Virus record (IMG/VR): IMGVR_UViG_3300031418_000005
Coordinates: 128,001 to 192,000 of that record
Strand: one strand, 5' to 3'
From: a virus
DNA: 64,000 nucleotides
Within the stretch, counting starts at the first letter, position 1; each line of letters begins with the position of its first letter. Below the pieces are notes generated by a model that worked only from the letters and a program-made list of their open reading frames with translations, ran no database searches and was not told where the DNA came from. The translations under genes and the position numbers were made by a program. This document shows, in pieces, positions 27,430 to 37,586 of this stretch.

Positions 27430-28740
27430 TTAGACGGCGAAGTAGGTATTCACCAGAGAGTTGGCGGATTGGTACTGCACACTGCCACCGGCAATCACAT
27501 ACATGCGACGGTCGGTAGTTAAGAGTGCCTGAATGGCATTGCTGCCAGCGTACGTGTACAAGTACAGCTCGGTCATCGCCGGATTGGTTTTCGACTTGTC
27601 CCAGTTAGGGTCAAGCGCATTAAACAGCGCTAACAAACGCTGCCCGTATTGACGGAAACCAATACCGGATTCTACACGCAGATTTGCCATCAGGTTCTTG
27701 ATGACGTCTTTCGCGATTTGCTGACCTTGGCCGGGTTTGAGTTTCGGGAGGTAATACTCCACGGAATCCAGATTCCCGGTTGCTGAGGCTTGCACCATCA
27801 ACTCCCCGTATAACGCTTCTTGCGCCACCGGGTCACTAATTGCCTGCACCATCGGGTCGATTTTGCCTGGCAGACCGTACTCGTTCAATTTGGTTGAGAT
27901 ACCGTAAATCAACGCCGAAGAGGTATTGATGTCCAGTGTCGAGAACGAGTTATAGCCATTACTGTCGCTACCAACCCCGAAGCTTTTCAGCACGTTGTCA
28001 ATCGCTAAGTAATCGCCCAGGTCTTTGAACGAGTCGAAGGTGTGAGTGGCATCGTCAATCATTGCGGTGACTTGCCATTTCGCACTGTTAAACTGGTTCA
28101 TGTAACCATTCACTTCCTGGCTGATTTCGCTGGGAAGTTTTGCCAGCTGCCCGGCAATGTTCATGGTTTGTTCCAGACGGTTTTTCACCGACGCGTAATC
28201 GGTACCTACAGCCGTTAACGCTTTGTCGCGTAACTCCGTCAGGGTTGACCACCCTTTCGACAACAGGCTGCCTGCCCCACCCGGACTCAAATAGCCCAGT
28301 GCAGACATGCCTTCCTTGTTGACAGGCTTGAACGGTTCAGAAACGTCGCGCTTTTGCGGATCGAGTACAGGCAATGCTGCTTTCGTATCCGTCGCAAACG
28401 TCGGCATTTTCTGACCGGGCGATACACCCGATGCACCCGAGCCCGCCGTCTTCGTCCCGCCGACTGAGGAAGTATCACTGCCGCCAAAAAGGTTACCCAG
28501 CTTCTCTTTGAGTGATGACCCACCGTTTGCGATTTTGTCAAAGGTTTCCCCTGCTTTCTCGCTCACGTTGTTGTAGAGGTTCTGTGCCGTCTCTACACCT
28601 TTGCCGACGTTGTCCACTGTTGACTGTACGCGGTTAACGGCATCCGTTCCGCGTTGTACCGTATTACCGACCGCAGACTGGACACCACTGACCTTGTTAC
28701 CGATTTGGTTGGTGATGCCGTCTATGTTATTCAGTTTCAT
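27430..28740 (-). CDS. Probable virion structural protein
   Basis: 436 aa, low-complexity Gly/Ser/Asn/Gln N-terminus; TAATG coupling. Confidence 0.55.
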   Translation of the reverse strand: MKLNNIDGITNQIGNKVSGVQSAVGNTVQRGTDAVNRVQSTVDNVGKGVETAQNLYNNVSEKAGETFDKIANGGSSLKEKLGNLFGGSDTSSVGGTKTAGSGASGVSPGQKMPTFATDTKAALPVLDPQKRDVSEPFKPVNKEGMSALGYLSPGGAGSLLSKGWSTLTELRDKALTAVGTDYASVKNRLEQTMNIAGQLAKLPSEISQEVNGYMNQFNSAKWQVTAMIDDATHTFDSFKDLGDYLAIDNVLKSFGVGSDSNGYNSFSTLDINTSSALIYGISTKLNEYGLPGKIDPMVQAISDPVAQEALYGELMVQASATGNLDSVEYYLPKLKPGQGQQIAKDVIKNLMANLRVESGIGFRQYGQRLLALFNALDPNWDKSKTNPAMTELYLYTYAGSNAIQALLTTDRRMYVIAGGSVQYQSANSLVNTYFAV

Positions 28741-29564
28741 TACGGTCTCCAGAAATTCAGTTTCGTGAGGTCGATGACAACAGTCGACTCATAGACGAAG
28801 TTGGAGTTCTCCTTCGTAAAGGTGAAACTACATTCCAGCTTACGCACGTCAATGGCTTTGAGCACCATTAAAAAGCGCTTCCAGGACAACTTCTTCCGCA
28901 TCCGCATGTTCTGCTGCATGTTGTGCCGCATATCGTTACGTCGCGAAGCAATTGCCGGACAGTTTGCCGGATTGTTGACATAGTTCGTCGACAACCGTTG
29001 CCAGAACTCAGAATCAATGCGGTACTCTGCAAAGATGAGCCATAGCAGTCTGCCCAGAATGTGTTCCATCTGACCGGCGGTCGCACGCGGATTGGTAAAG
29101 AGGATGTTGAGTTCCTCTGTCGCACTCATGCGTGGTGTTTCCCGGTCTTCCCCGCGCAAGGTTTTCAGAAGGTCTTCTTTCGGCCGCGTAGACGTTTTCA
29201 CTTCACGCTCATCGCCGAAGTTGCCTTTCACCGTGATAACCGTGACCGTCAATACATCGACTTTCATGACTACCAGACCTTCGATAAACCGTCGCCAGGT
29301 AAGGTCGACTTTAATGTTGCGACTGTTCCCGCCCGTTAGCGCTGTCGTTAACCGTTGAACCCGGTCTTTGTCAGTGGCTTTGGACTTGGTCGCATAATTC
29401 GGATTCCGCACATACTCGCCTAATAACGCCGTCCATTGTGCACGGCTGTACTGTTGTTGTTTCCACAATTTCCAGTAGGCTTCCTGTAGCGGTTTACCCG
29501 CAGGATCGTCTTGGGGCGATCCGTGATGGATCTGCTCCTTTATGACGCTGTTCTTGTCATCCAT
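28740..29564 (-). CDS. Hypothetical protein with an internal two-domain duplication
   Basis: YVRNP...LTWRRF repeated as YVNNP...LSWKRF. Confidence 0.7.
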   Translation of the reverse strand: MDDKNSVIKEQIHHGSPQDDPAGKPLQEAYWKLWKQQQYSRAQWTALLGEYVRNPNYATKSKATDKDRVQRLTTALTGGNSRNIKVDLTWRRFIEGLVVMKVDVLTVTVITVKGNFGDEREVKTSTRPKEDLLKTLRGEDRETPRMSATEELNILFTNPRATAGQMEHILGRLLWLIFAEYRIDSEFWQRLSTNYVNNPANCPAIASRRNDMRHNMQQNMRMRKKLSWKRFLMVLKAIDVRKLECSFTFTKENSNFVYESTVVIDLTKLNFWRP

Positions 29565-29600
29565 AAATCACCTTGTTACAAGGGGTGGATAAAGTTCGAG

Positions 29601-30125
29601 TTAGAGATAGTGTTCCACTATCGTTTCTAACTCACGAAAGATGTGCGCGGTCATATTCGCTAACGCATCTTGTTCGGGAGTATCACGCTCGGTGAACGCT
29701 GGTCGATAGTAATCGATTAAGGCGAACGCCTTGCGCAGTTTATCACGTACGACTTCTGGATTGGTCGTCCCAAAGTATTGGTCAATCCAACGGAGCTGTG
29801 TATCGTCCTTCTTTTTGTCCAATTCATCGGGCAGGGCAATCCAGGTTTGTGAGCTCCCGTTTGCCACGCGGGTGTACTCACGGATGTAGAATTGCAGCCG
29901 TTCGTAGAGCGTATCAAAGTTCTCAATACGCAGCTCTAACTTCCCACGAACGGATAACGGTACAAACGCCGCACCATTATATTCCAGAGGCTCTGTAATG
30001 AGTTCTAAGCCTACCAGCACCTTCTGGAAAGGGTTACGGGTATTCTTATGGAACTCGGCCTCCAGAAAGCTTCTACGCTGCTTTACGGCGTATCGCTTTA
30101 AACGTGTGTTGAGCCAGTTAAACAT
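29601..30125 (-). CDS. Hypothetical protein
   Basis: 174 aa, AGGA SD, downstream of a promoter-like motif. Confidence 0.65.
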   Translation of the reverse strand: MFNWLNTRLKRYAVKQRRSFLEAEFHKNTRNPFQKVLVGLELITEPLEYNGAAFVPLSVRGKLELRIENFDTLYERLQFYIREYTRVANGSSQTWIALPDELDKKKDDTQLRWIDQYFGTTNPEVVRDKLRKAFALIDYYRPAFTERDTPEQDALANMTAHIFRELETIVEHYL

Positions 30126-30158
30126 AGCTTAATCCTAAAGTGAGAGAATGTCTCAGTG

Positions 30159-30177
30159 AGATAATATCTGTCTGAGT
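30159..30177 (-). promoter_or_regulatory. Putative early (vRNAP) promoter motif
   Basis: Minus strand CTCAGACAGATATTATCT; same motif at about 39865, 48692, 59855 and 62978. Confidence 0.5.
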
Positions 30178-30198
30178 TCTTTTTAAGAAGAGGTTACC

Positions 30199-30669
30199 AT
30201 GAGCGAAGAAGTGAAATATCAAGCCTTCGACGGGAATGTGGATGACGAAGATTCACTTCTCCGCGAAACGCAACAACTCCGTATCCGTCTCGCCAATGAC
30301 ATGGCATCCGAATCTCAAGTTCATAAAGACTTGAAAGCGGTTGACCGCATCGATCGACTTTTAAACAGTGTCGACAAACAAATTTTGTCGAAACGTAAAA
30401 TTAAGGCGGCGGAGAAAGGTGCAGAGGCAACCCAAGATGTTGCAAACGCCCTGAACGGCTTCCTGATGCAACGCGCCGGTGTTGGAATCAAACGTCACGA
30501 CGCGCCGCCAGAAGAAAATGTAGGATACCAACCACCCCGGCCTCGTATCGAAGATATCGACTTGAATCCGGGACAGTTGGCTCCTGTGGGTGACGCTATC
30601 GATGTAGGCCACATCATGCAGGCGGCGTACTCTCGCTCGAAGCAGACTTCGGAGGACGACGAAGGCTAA
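30199..30669 (+). CDS. Hypothetical protein
   Basis: 156 aa, GAGG SD. Confidence 0.65.
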   Translation: MSEEVKYQAFDGNVDDEDSLLRETQQLRIRLANDMASESQVHKDLKAVDRIDRLLNSVDKQILSKRKIKAAEKGAEATQDVANALNGFLMQRAGVGIKRHDAPPEENVGYQPPRPRIEDIDLNPGQLAPVGDAIDVGHIMQAAYSRSKQTSEDDEG

Positions 30670-31345
30670 ACAACGCCGTGTCCTTACAATCTACCGTCAC
30701 GTATTCGGCCATAAAGCGGGTGTGCTCCTTAAAGGGGTTCACCCCATCGCGCTGCATAAACTCAATGGTCTCTGGCGTCAGTTCTGGCGTCAGCAGACTT
30801 GGACGAGTGATAGTAAACTCCGGGATACGCTTTGCCAGGTTACTGGCTTGCATTTTAATCCACGGATACCAATCGTACATAATCCACCCATCCCACGCCG
30901 AAGCCAGCCTCCCTGGCGTCAGGTCTTTGTGAGACCAGACGACCACCTCTGCCCGCACACCACTAAAGTGAGCGCGGAACATATCCAGAAAATCCTGTAC
31001 TTCTTTATCCGACAAATCGGTGTACGGCCAAAGGTTCACCGTTACCGACGGATGCTCAATAGGCGAGTGCATCTCAATTTCCATGAGCATCGCCTCGAAC
31101 TGATTTTTAAGCGTCGCCAGTAACTCTGTAGGGCCAGAGTTCATCAACGCCCTTTTATCTCGCTGTGCGTAAGTCTCTGCCCAATTCTCTACCCCGACAA
31201 CTTCCGCCCACGTTTCAGTGAATCGTCGACGGTATACGTCTAAGTCGAGTTTTTCCATGGCGTCGGGCTTGATGGTTTTGAGCCAGCCGATACGGGTATC
31301 GAACAGAGCATCAATATCCACTAAGAAGCGTCGGGATAGTCTCAT
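30614..31345 (-). CDS. Conserved protein with a HAD-like N-terminal motif
   Basis: FLVDIDALFDTR (DxD motif); 243 aa; ATGA coupling. Confidence 0.5.
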   Translation of the reverse strand: MRLSRRFLVDIDALFDTRIGWLKTIKPDAMEKLDLDVYRRRFTETWAEVVGVENWAETYAQRDKRALMNSGPTELLATLKNQFEAMLMEIEMHSPIEHPSVTVNLWPYTDLSDKEVQDFLDMFRAHFSGVRAEVVVWSHKDLTPGRLASAWDGWIMYDWYPWIKMQASNLAKRIPEFTITRPSLLTPELTPETIEFMQRDGVNPFKEHTRFMAEYVTVDCKDTALFSLRRPPKSASSESTPPA

Positions 31346-32010
31346 TCAGGACGACCTATGTTATTGCCAATGTGCATGGCTTTGAAATACGACGACCAGG
31401 TACGGGTTGCTTTCGAACTCGTACGCTCGGCCCCTTCTAAATCAATACGACCTTTACCCGTGTTACGGATTGACTGGTAAAACGCCCGTTGAAGGACATC
31501 GTTACCACCACGCGCCCACAAGAATTCTTTGAGGGTCCAATCGTGGCCGTCAGAGTACATGATATACCCTTCTGGGAAGGATACCCCTGAGGCTTTGGAT
31601 GGACCAACGACTTGTCCGGAGAGTTTGTCACGGACACGGTCGTTCTTCGCTACGGCCATTTTCTTTTCCTGCATCTGCGTTTGACGGCGGGCAGGGAGGC
31701 GTAGGACAAGGTGCGGATAGCGCGTGCGCTGTAAGATGCCGGTCTTCGATTCGGTTAACCACAATCGCTGCTCCAGGCTAACGCCCATTGCAGAACAGAT
31801 TTTAATGTTGCGCAAGTGGTCAATGCGTACTTTCCCAGCAGTCGGATTGTAGATGGGTAATCCGTTTCGCAGACGAGAGAATTCCTCATCGTTCATGCGA
31901 GCAAAAGCGCGTTTAGCGGCTTCTGCATTAATCCCCGTTGGGTCGACCAACTGGAGGACTTGGAGTGCGTAAGCTTCTGCCTTCTTACGTCGTGCTGGGT
32001 CAAGTTTCAT
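31342..32010 (-). CDS. Virion RNA polymerase beta C-terminal subunit (phiKZ gp149-like)
   Basis: RDKLSGQVVGPSKASGVSFPE...LKEFLWARGGND parallels the RpoB C-terminus (TQQP..G...GEME...L.E.L..KSDD). Confidence 0.7.
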   Translation of the reverse strand: MKLDPARRKKAEAYALQVLQLVDPTGINAEAAKRAFARMNDEEFSRLRNGLPIYNPTAGKVRIDHLRNIKICSAMGVSLEQRLWLTESKTGILQRTRYPHLVLRLPARRQTQMQEKKMAVAKNDRVRDKLSGQVVGPSKASGVSFPEGYIMYSDGHDWTLKEFLWARGGNDVLQRAFYQSIRNTGKGRIDLEGAERTSSKATRTWSSYFKAMHIGNNIGRPE

Positions 32011-32294
32011 TGTACCGTCCTCGCTTTGCGGAGACAGGGTAGTGCCGCGGCTTCCAGGTCGTCAATCCAGAATGGAATCGCGCTCTCTCGTTCGGGTACG
32101 CCGATTTGAATCACCTTACTGCTATGACTTGGTTCGAGCAGACGTGCATAATGCTCATTAACCTCATTGCAGAACGTTCTCAGATCGGGACGATTGGCCG
32201 AGAAAGCATTACTGAATTGAGCGCTAAGTTGCTGGTCGACACCGGCCAGCCCCTGAGAAAGACGCTCGATAATATCTTTCTGATAACGCATCAT
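32007..32294 (-). CDS. Hypothetical protein
   Basis: 95 aa, GAGGA SD, ATGA-coupled to the vRNAP subunit. Confidence 0.6.
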   Translation of the reverse strand: MMRYQKDIIERLSQGLAGVDQQLSAQFSNAFSANRPDLRTFCNEVNEHYARLLEPSHSSKVIQIGVPERESAIPFWIDDLEAAALPCLRKARTVQ

Positions 32295-32309
32295 CGTTCC
32301 TCAATAATC

Positions 32310-32332
32310 AAAAAGGCGGGTTGCCCCGCCTT
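32310..32332 (-). terminator. Rho-independent terminator
   Basis: AAGGCGGG/CCCGCCTT hairpin with T tract on the minus strand. Confidence 0.6.
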
Positions 32333-32337
32333 GGCCA

Positions 32338-33822
32338 TTATTTTTTCTTGGTCAGGAATTTAGGTTCGAGACCATCAACTGCCATTGCCAGCAGCGACAT
32401 CGCCGTTAAGCAACGTTTGCCACCTTTGACTTCCTGGTCTTTGAACATCCAGTATTCAACCGTGTTGTCCAGAATTTCATTCCAGTCCCACTTCTCATCG
32501 ATGAGCGTATACAGCTGCTCCGGTGTGATGTGGTACTTCATTTCCAGACGGTGGTAGTTGTTCTGCATGTACGCCAGTGCAGCGGTGATTTCCAACGCAC
32601 GACGCAGACGGGGATTATCGTCACACATGTCACGTACAGTCGTACGCATGAACTTTGTCCCCGGCAGGAGATGCAGCTCATAGTTGGCACCTGAACGTGT
32701 GTAACCCCATTCGTCTTTCAGCACTTCCGCCAGGTAATGCCACAGAGAGAGGTGGTACAGCAGACCCATCTCTTGTGAGAACACCATACGGAATTTAACA
32801 CCGGTGTGACCGCCCTTCGCACGATACTGCGTGAAGACGATTTCTTTCAAATCGTTCACAGAGGCATTCATTGCCTTCGAGCGTGCGGTTGGATACTTCT
32901 CTTCGTTTACACCGGTTTTGGCGTTGTAGCTACCGTCATGTTTCAGCTCACCTGATTTGGTTGCTACCAGCAGGGAGTTGGTCAGGAACGACAGCTGACG
33001 ACGAGGAATACCCGCGAATTTCAGATCATCACCCGCATCATCCAGCAGTTTGGCGTTTGCTGGTTTAGCACCACGCCCACCGCTTGACATGGCTTTACCG
33101 GAGTCATCAGCCAGCTGCGCTACAAAGCCCATGTAGAAACCACCACGGGCAAAGGCAGAGGGCCAACGGCTCATCATGTTGGATTTCTCCAGCGAGTCAC
33201 GCATGTTTAAGGCGTTCTGCTCAGAGTCACCAACTTCGGTTTCAGCGTGCTTGTCTTCAATCTTCGACGAGTGCCACTCAGACAAGGAGTCAATTGAGTA
33301 CAGCCACGGATCGAGGAGACGCTTGGCAGCGCGACGAACAGGATCGAGGAAAGGCGTCTCACGCGTCTTACCTTTCATGTACTCTTTGAAACGGTTTTCA
33401 ATTTCGTCACGAATGTAAGCGGAGTAATACTGCTCACCCGGCATGATGTCCGAACCGACCATGTTGTATTTACCTTCATGGATCAAATCCAGAACACTGC
33501 CACCTTCAATCCCGTTCGCTTTCGCGGCAGAGATAAATCCAGTTTCGAGTCGGTTCAGTGCAGCCGTGACTTCGGTGTCATACTTCGACCCCCAGGCCGC
33601 CGCGTAACGTTGCAGAATCATGAAAATACAAAAGTCCATCAGTGTGGACTTAAAGGTATTACCACGACCTGCGAAACCCATGATGTGGGCAAAACCACCG
33701 TTCAGGTAGTATAAACCATCTTCCCCCTTCTCGTAGTTACCGAGTGCGTGGTCCATGATGGTATAGACGTTAAAACGAGGGCGAATCACTTCACCCATGA
33801 CTTGTTTAGCTGGACCTGCCAT
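32338..33822 (-). CDS. uvsX: UvsX/RecA-like recombinase (phiKZ gp152-like)
   Basis: Walker A GRGNTFKST, YDTE, SIDSLSEW (Walker B), VAQL. Confidence 0.8.
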   Translation of the reverse strand: MAGPAKQVMGEVIRPRFNVYTIMDHALGNYEKGEDGLYYLNGGFAHIMGFAGRGNTFKSTLMDFCIFMILQRYAAAWGSKYDTEVTAALNRLETGFISAAKANGIEGGSVLDLIHEGKYNMVGSDIMPGEQYYSAYIRDEIENRFKEYMKGKTRETPFLDPVRRAAKRLLDPWLYSIDSLSEWHSSKIEDKHAETEVGDSEQNALNMRDSLEKSNMMSRWPSAFARGGFYMGFVAQLADDSGKAMSSGGRGAKPANAKLLDDAGDDLKFAGIPRRQLSFLTNSLLVATKSGELKHDGSYNAKTGVNEEKYPTARSKAMNASVNDLKEIVFTQYRAKGGHTGVKFRMVFSQEMGLLYHLSLWHYLAEVLKDEWGYTRSGANYELHLLPGTKFMRTTVRDMCDDNPRLRRALEITAALAYMQNNYHRLEMKYHITPEQLYTLIDEKWDWNEILDNTVEYWMFKDQEVKGGKRCLTAMSLLAMAVDGLEPKFLTKKK

Positions 33823-33837
33823 TTAGCGCTCCGTCAA

Positions 33838-34137
33838 TTAGCGTTTTTTAGTCGAAAGAAGCAGACGACGTTTGTGCCAGACTTCAAAGTAAGTTTCTAC
33901 CCAGTCAGTCACTTCGTCCAAATCTTTTGGATTAGGGTTTTTGATATCGCGGAAACGGTTTTTGTTCCGGTCATCGATTTCGATTTCAACAACACGCTTA
34001 CCGGTCGGTAACGACGTGATGCTAAGGATTTTACCTACTGTGGTCGGCTGCTTGTTTTCATCCAGCTTAGCCGGAGTCAAGTAGATTTCCATGTCAACTT
34101 TGGTGCCGAGTTCACGAGTGAGTAATTTGATTTTCAT
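33838..34137 (-). CDS. Hypothetical protein
   Basis: Start MKIKLLTRE with AAGG SD; the longer ORF-track extension is antisense to the next gene. Confidence 0.6.
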   Translation of the reverse strand: MKIKLLTRELGTKVDMEIYLTPAKLDENKQPTTVGKILSITSLPTGKRVVEIEIDDRNKNRFRDIKNPNPKDLDEVTDWVETYFEVWHKRRLLLSTKKR

Positions 34138-34236
34138 CGAGTTGTTACCTTTTAGGTTGGCTCGTTCATAAGGTTTGGGTAATACGTAAAAAGACTTAGT
34201 ATGTAGCCCAATCCCCTTATTTCCGAGGTTAAGAGT

Positions 34237-34992
34237 ATGAATGCTAATCCACTTGCAGCGTTGTCGGGCTTTGTTGCCAAAGCCGCAGCGATTCTGCCGA
34301 AAGGCTTTACCGGCCCCCAACAGGAACTGGCGCTGACCACGTATGATGACATGTCTGATGTCTCCAAGTGGATGCAGCAAGAGAAGTTCCTGAACTTTAC
34401 CGGGATGCTGGTACCTGTGCCGCCAGGCTTCAATACGTACGTTATGGATCATATTGAAAGGCTGGAGTCGGTCTGGGATACGCTGCAGAAAATCCACGAA
34501 GGCGTCCTGCAACCCATCGACAAACAATTATCGGCCCTTACACACGAAGTGGGTATGCTGTCTTTGCCTGTGGGCTTCCGTTATAAAGACGTGAAGTTCC
34601 AGTTAAAGAACATCAACCCTAAAGACCTGGTCGACAAGTTGGCGAAGTCTTACACCAACAACGTTATCGACCAACGTCCTATCGAGCGTACATATCACAG
34701 TGCGGGCGAAATCGACGTGGCCTTTAATCGTGCAAAAGCGCTGAACCTGGAGCTGACCAAAAAGCTGCGGGCAAACGTTGACCGCACTATTGAATCTATC
34801 CATGCGTCCGTGGATGTGATTGTCGATGCCACGGTTCACCCGAACGTTGCCAAAGAGTTGACCCAGATGGTTGACTGTGGCAGTGACTGGGTAGAACTGT
34901 TCGGTCTGTTCATGAAGCAGGTTAACGAACTGGTTGAATGTTTGAACATCACCGGTGAGCGCCTGAAAGAGCTCAAATCGAACAAAAAATAA
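34237..34992 (+). CDS. Probable virion protein
   Basis: 251 aa, GAGG SD, upstream TATG; lone + strand gene. Confidence 0.6.
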   Translation: MNANPLAALSGFVAKAAAILPKGFTGPQQELALTTYDDMSDVSKWMQQEKFLNFTGMLVPVPPGFNTYVMDHIERLESVWDTLQKIHEGVLQPIDKQLSALTHEVGMLSLPVGFRYKDVKFQLKNINPKDLVDKLAKSYTNNVIDQRPIERTYHSAGEIDVAFNRAKALNLELTKKLRANVDRTIESIHASVDVIVDATVHPNVAKELTQMVDCGSDWVELFGLFMKQVNELVECLNITGERLKELKSNKK

Positions 34993-35044
34993 ACAAAAAA
35001 AGAAAGCAGTACCCACTCCTCACGGGAGTGGGTACACTTTATTT
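34983..35044. terminator. Bidirectional terminator
   Basis: A tract, TACCCACTCC/GGAGTGGGTA hairpin, T-rich tail. Confidence 0.7.
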
Positions 35045-35969
35045 AAACCGCAACGAAACCCCGGACAAAGGTTGGCGGTATCCACTTTACGATTTTCTTA
35101 CGTTCACTGTTACGCGGCCCTGTCCAGAATGATTGCCAGTGTGCCACGCGCATGTGAGCCTTACGACTGCTCACACGTAAACCCTCTGTGCTGGTACCGT
35201 ACTCGCGGAGGTAGTTCTCCTGTTCCTTTAACGTCGAGACAACAACAGGCTTAGAGCGCGGCTGAATATGGTAGTTGGTAACGGTTTTCTTTTTCTTGCT
35301 TTTGGTGTACACCTGAGGTGCAGGATGGTGAGGGATAAGCGAGCACATAAAGAGCCCGGCAGTCAGGAAGCGAAGCACTCCCTCGGTAAGTTCACCATAG
35401 ACAGGACCGAAAGACACAAAACCATTTCCAGCATCTATGATTTCCACCACTTCAATCTTCATGGTATCATCACGCGATGCCAGGAACATGCTCAGCACTA
35501 AACAATCTTTTCCCTTTACCCGCCGACGAGAAAGAAATTGACTCATCTGTTCTTTTGTTTCGTCTTGGCGAATAAACGTGATGGGGTATTCCACTGTCCA
35601 ACCCGGTAGTTTGTCTATCCAGTCACGCGGCAACTCCGTGAGTGGCTCACCGTTTAACACTTGTTCAAACATAAAGGAATCGCCAACCAACTGCACGCCG
35701 CCGTAGCGGTAACCAAATGCAATGGATGCAATCATATCAGAACCGTATTGCTCGCCTTTATTCAGTGAAATAAAGTGTTCAGGTGGAATAAACCATTGGT
35801 CTACTACGCCGTCGTGCGCAACCACGTACTCTTCAACCGGATTAACCGGCTCAGTACGTTCGCGAATCTTACACAGCGTGGTGAGAAAACCACCCGGCGT
35901 TTCTGCATCGGCACGGTTAATTCCCAGTGACTTTAAATAAGCATCTTCACGTTCTTTAGATATAGGCAT
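35043..35969 (-). CDS. Hypothetical protein with basic C-terminal HxRxxHW motif
   Basis: RKAHMRVAHWQSFWTGP...KWIPPTFV. Confidence 0.65.
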   Translation of the reverse strand: MPISKEREDAYLKSLGINRADAETPGGFLTTLCKIRERTEPVNPVEEYVVAHDGVVDQWFIPPEHFISLNKGEQYGSDMIASIAFGYRYGGVQLVGDSFMFEQVLNGEPLTELPRDWIDKLPGWTVEYPITFIRQDETKEQMSQFLSRRRVKGKDCLVLSMFLASRDDTMKIEVVEIIDAGNGFVSFGPVYGELTEGVLRFLTAGLFMCSLIPHHPAPQVYTKSKKKKTVTNYHIQPRSKPVVVSTLKEQENYLREYGTSTEGLRVSSRKAHMRVAHWQSFWTGPRNSERKKIVKWIPPTFVRGFVAV

Positions 35970-36000
35970 CCCGTTATCCTTAAGGCAATTGTCGACGAAC

Positions 36001-36036
36001 TAAAATAAAATACCCACCCCTCAGGGAGTGGGTACG
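36001..36036 (-). terminator. Rho-independent terminator
   Basis: TACCCAC.CC...GGGAGTGGGTA hairpin, near-identical to the one at 35010; T tract on the minus strand. Confidence 0.65.
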
Positions 36037-36040
36037 CTCA

Positions 36041-36535
36041 CTATTTTTTCACCCGAACGATGGCAGCTTTCAGCGCCTCTTGTATCTCGGTTTTGATGAT
36101 ACGGATTAACTCTTCACGGAACTCATCAAGCTCCTGATAAAGCAAATCCGTTACCTCTTCATCAAACAACAGATACTCGAGCTCCTGATGCTCATCCAAC
36201 TGAACAATTTCCCGCACTGCATCAGACAAGGCCATATTGGTCAGGCGTTCTACCGGGTCATCGTCTTTATGGTCAGGTTGTTCAGTATTGATGCAAAGCA
36301 ACTGTGATGCCATCAACGTGTTAAACGCCCCGAAGGCTTTGTACAGAATCGACGATAAGTGCGACTCGTATGCCTTCGATTTGTAATACTCCACGTTCTC
36401 ACGTACACGTTCGTTGTGGTGATGGGCAACCAGTGTGCGATGGTGCGCCAGGGTGCGTTCTAAGATACCCTCATACCCCAGCGCAAAACCATCGTAGACC
36501 GTGGTCGTGTTGAAGTCTACGTAAATACGCATCAC
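36041..36535 (-). CDS. Hypothetical protein (paralog family A)
   Basis: 164 aa, acidic helical; N-terminus MRIYVDF. Confidence 0.65.
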   Translation of the reverse strand: MMRIYVDFNTTTVYDGFALGYEGILERTLAHHRTLVAHHHNERVRENVEYYKSKAYESHLSSILYKAFGAFNTLMASQLLCINTEQPDHKDDDPVERLTNMALSDAVREIVQLDEHQELEYLLFDEEVTDLLYQELDEFREELIRIIKTEIQEALKAAIVRVKK

Positions 36536-37050
36536 TTCTTCTCGATATGGATGACCAGCGTGTTAATGGTTTCCGTGATGCTTTTCCACACCTCTTCTTC
36601 CAACTCACGCAGTGTGTTAGTAACTGCGCTGATATAAGCAGGATAGAACTCATCCCACTTAAAGGTGCGCAAGGCTTCCACCGAACGGTCTTCGCTGTGC
36701 TGCTCGTTGAGCCATTTCTCACGCGCAGCTTTGTCGTTGAAATGCTTACCGATTTCGTCGATAACTTCATCGACTTTCAGTTCCATAGTGAAGCGACTGA
36801 TATTCTTCTCCATGTTCCCATCGGTTAAGTCACTGCTGTCGTACTCAAACGTCCCGATAGTACGAGAGAGTTCGCCCACGCGCCAGTACAGCTCACCGAG
36901 CACCGTGTTGGTGATGGTCATGCTGTAATAGACCAGTTCCGGGTCCATATGGGCTTTGACCAGCTCATGCGTCTGGTCACGCAGGCCGTTCATTGCCTTC
37001 GGCCAAATCTCGCGCAGTTTATCGTCCGTGAGGTTAAAGTAAATTTTCAT
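36532..37050 (-). CDS. Hypothetical protein (paralog family A)
   Basis: 172 aa; MKIYFNL; overlapping start/stop. Confidence 0.65.
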   Translation of the reverse strand: MKIYFNLTDDKLREIWPKAMNGLRDQTHELVKAHMDPELVYYSMTITNTVLGELYWRVGELSRTIGTFEYDSSDLTDGNMEKNISRFTMELKVDEVIDEIGKHFNDKAAREKWLNEQHSEDRSVEALRTFKWDEFYPAYISAVTNTLRELEEEVWKSITETINTLVIHIEKK

Positions 37051-37586
37051 TGTGCGACCTTCCCATATTTTTCGCCGAGGTAGGCAATCTCTTGCCGACA
37101 GATATCCAACACCGCGACTTGCGCATCGCGATAGATTTTCGAGACGCGCGCCAGGCGCTGCTCATCCAGCACATCCTTCCAGCCGATGGTGTCGGTGATC
37201 TGAACATCGCCACCCTTCTCTACCAACGCCACGTAGAGTTCGGTAAAGTCCTCTACTTTGACATTTTCCGTTGACGACACCGCCTGACGAAATGCCTCAT
37301 CAAGTAACAACGAAAAGTCTTTATCCACGTTGGTGATTTCAAACGTGTGCGGATGGCTAAGGAGGTTTTTGAGTTGCGCACCCATTTGCATCACGGCCAT
37401 GTTAACCATGGCCTGATAATCAAGGATAACAACCTCTTTTCCTTCCCGCTCGTCGGAGAGTTTACTGGCGTATGCCTCGAAAGCATCAACCAGCTCGAAC
37501 TCCACGGCGTTCTTCATTTTCGTTAAAACTTCATCCAGATACTGCCTGGATTCAGTTAAAGCGAAGTCGATGATTAAACGCATCAC
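37047..37586 (-). CDS. Hypothetical protein (paralog family A)
   Basis: 179 aa; MRLIIDF; AAGGAG SD. Confidence 0.65.
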   Translation of the reverse strand: MMRLIIDFALTESRQYLDEVLTKMKNAVEFELVDAFEAYASKLSDEREGKEVVILDYQAMVNMAVMQMGAQLKNLLSHPHTFEITNVDKDFSLLLDEAFRQAVSSTENVKVEDFTELYVALVEKGGDVQITDTIGWKDVLDEQRLARVSKIYRDAQVAVLDICRQEIAYLGEKYGKVAQ

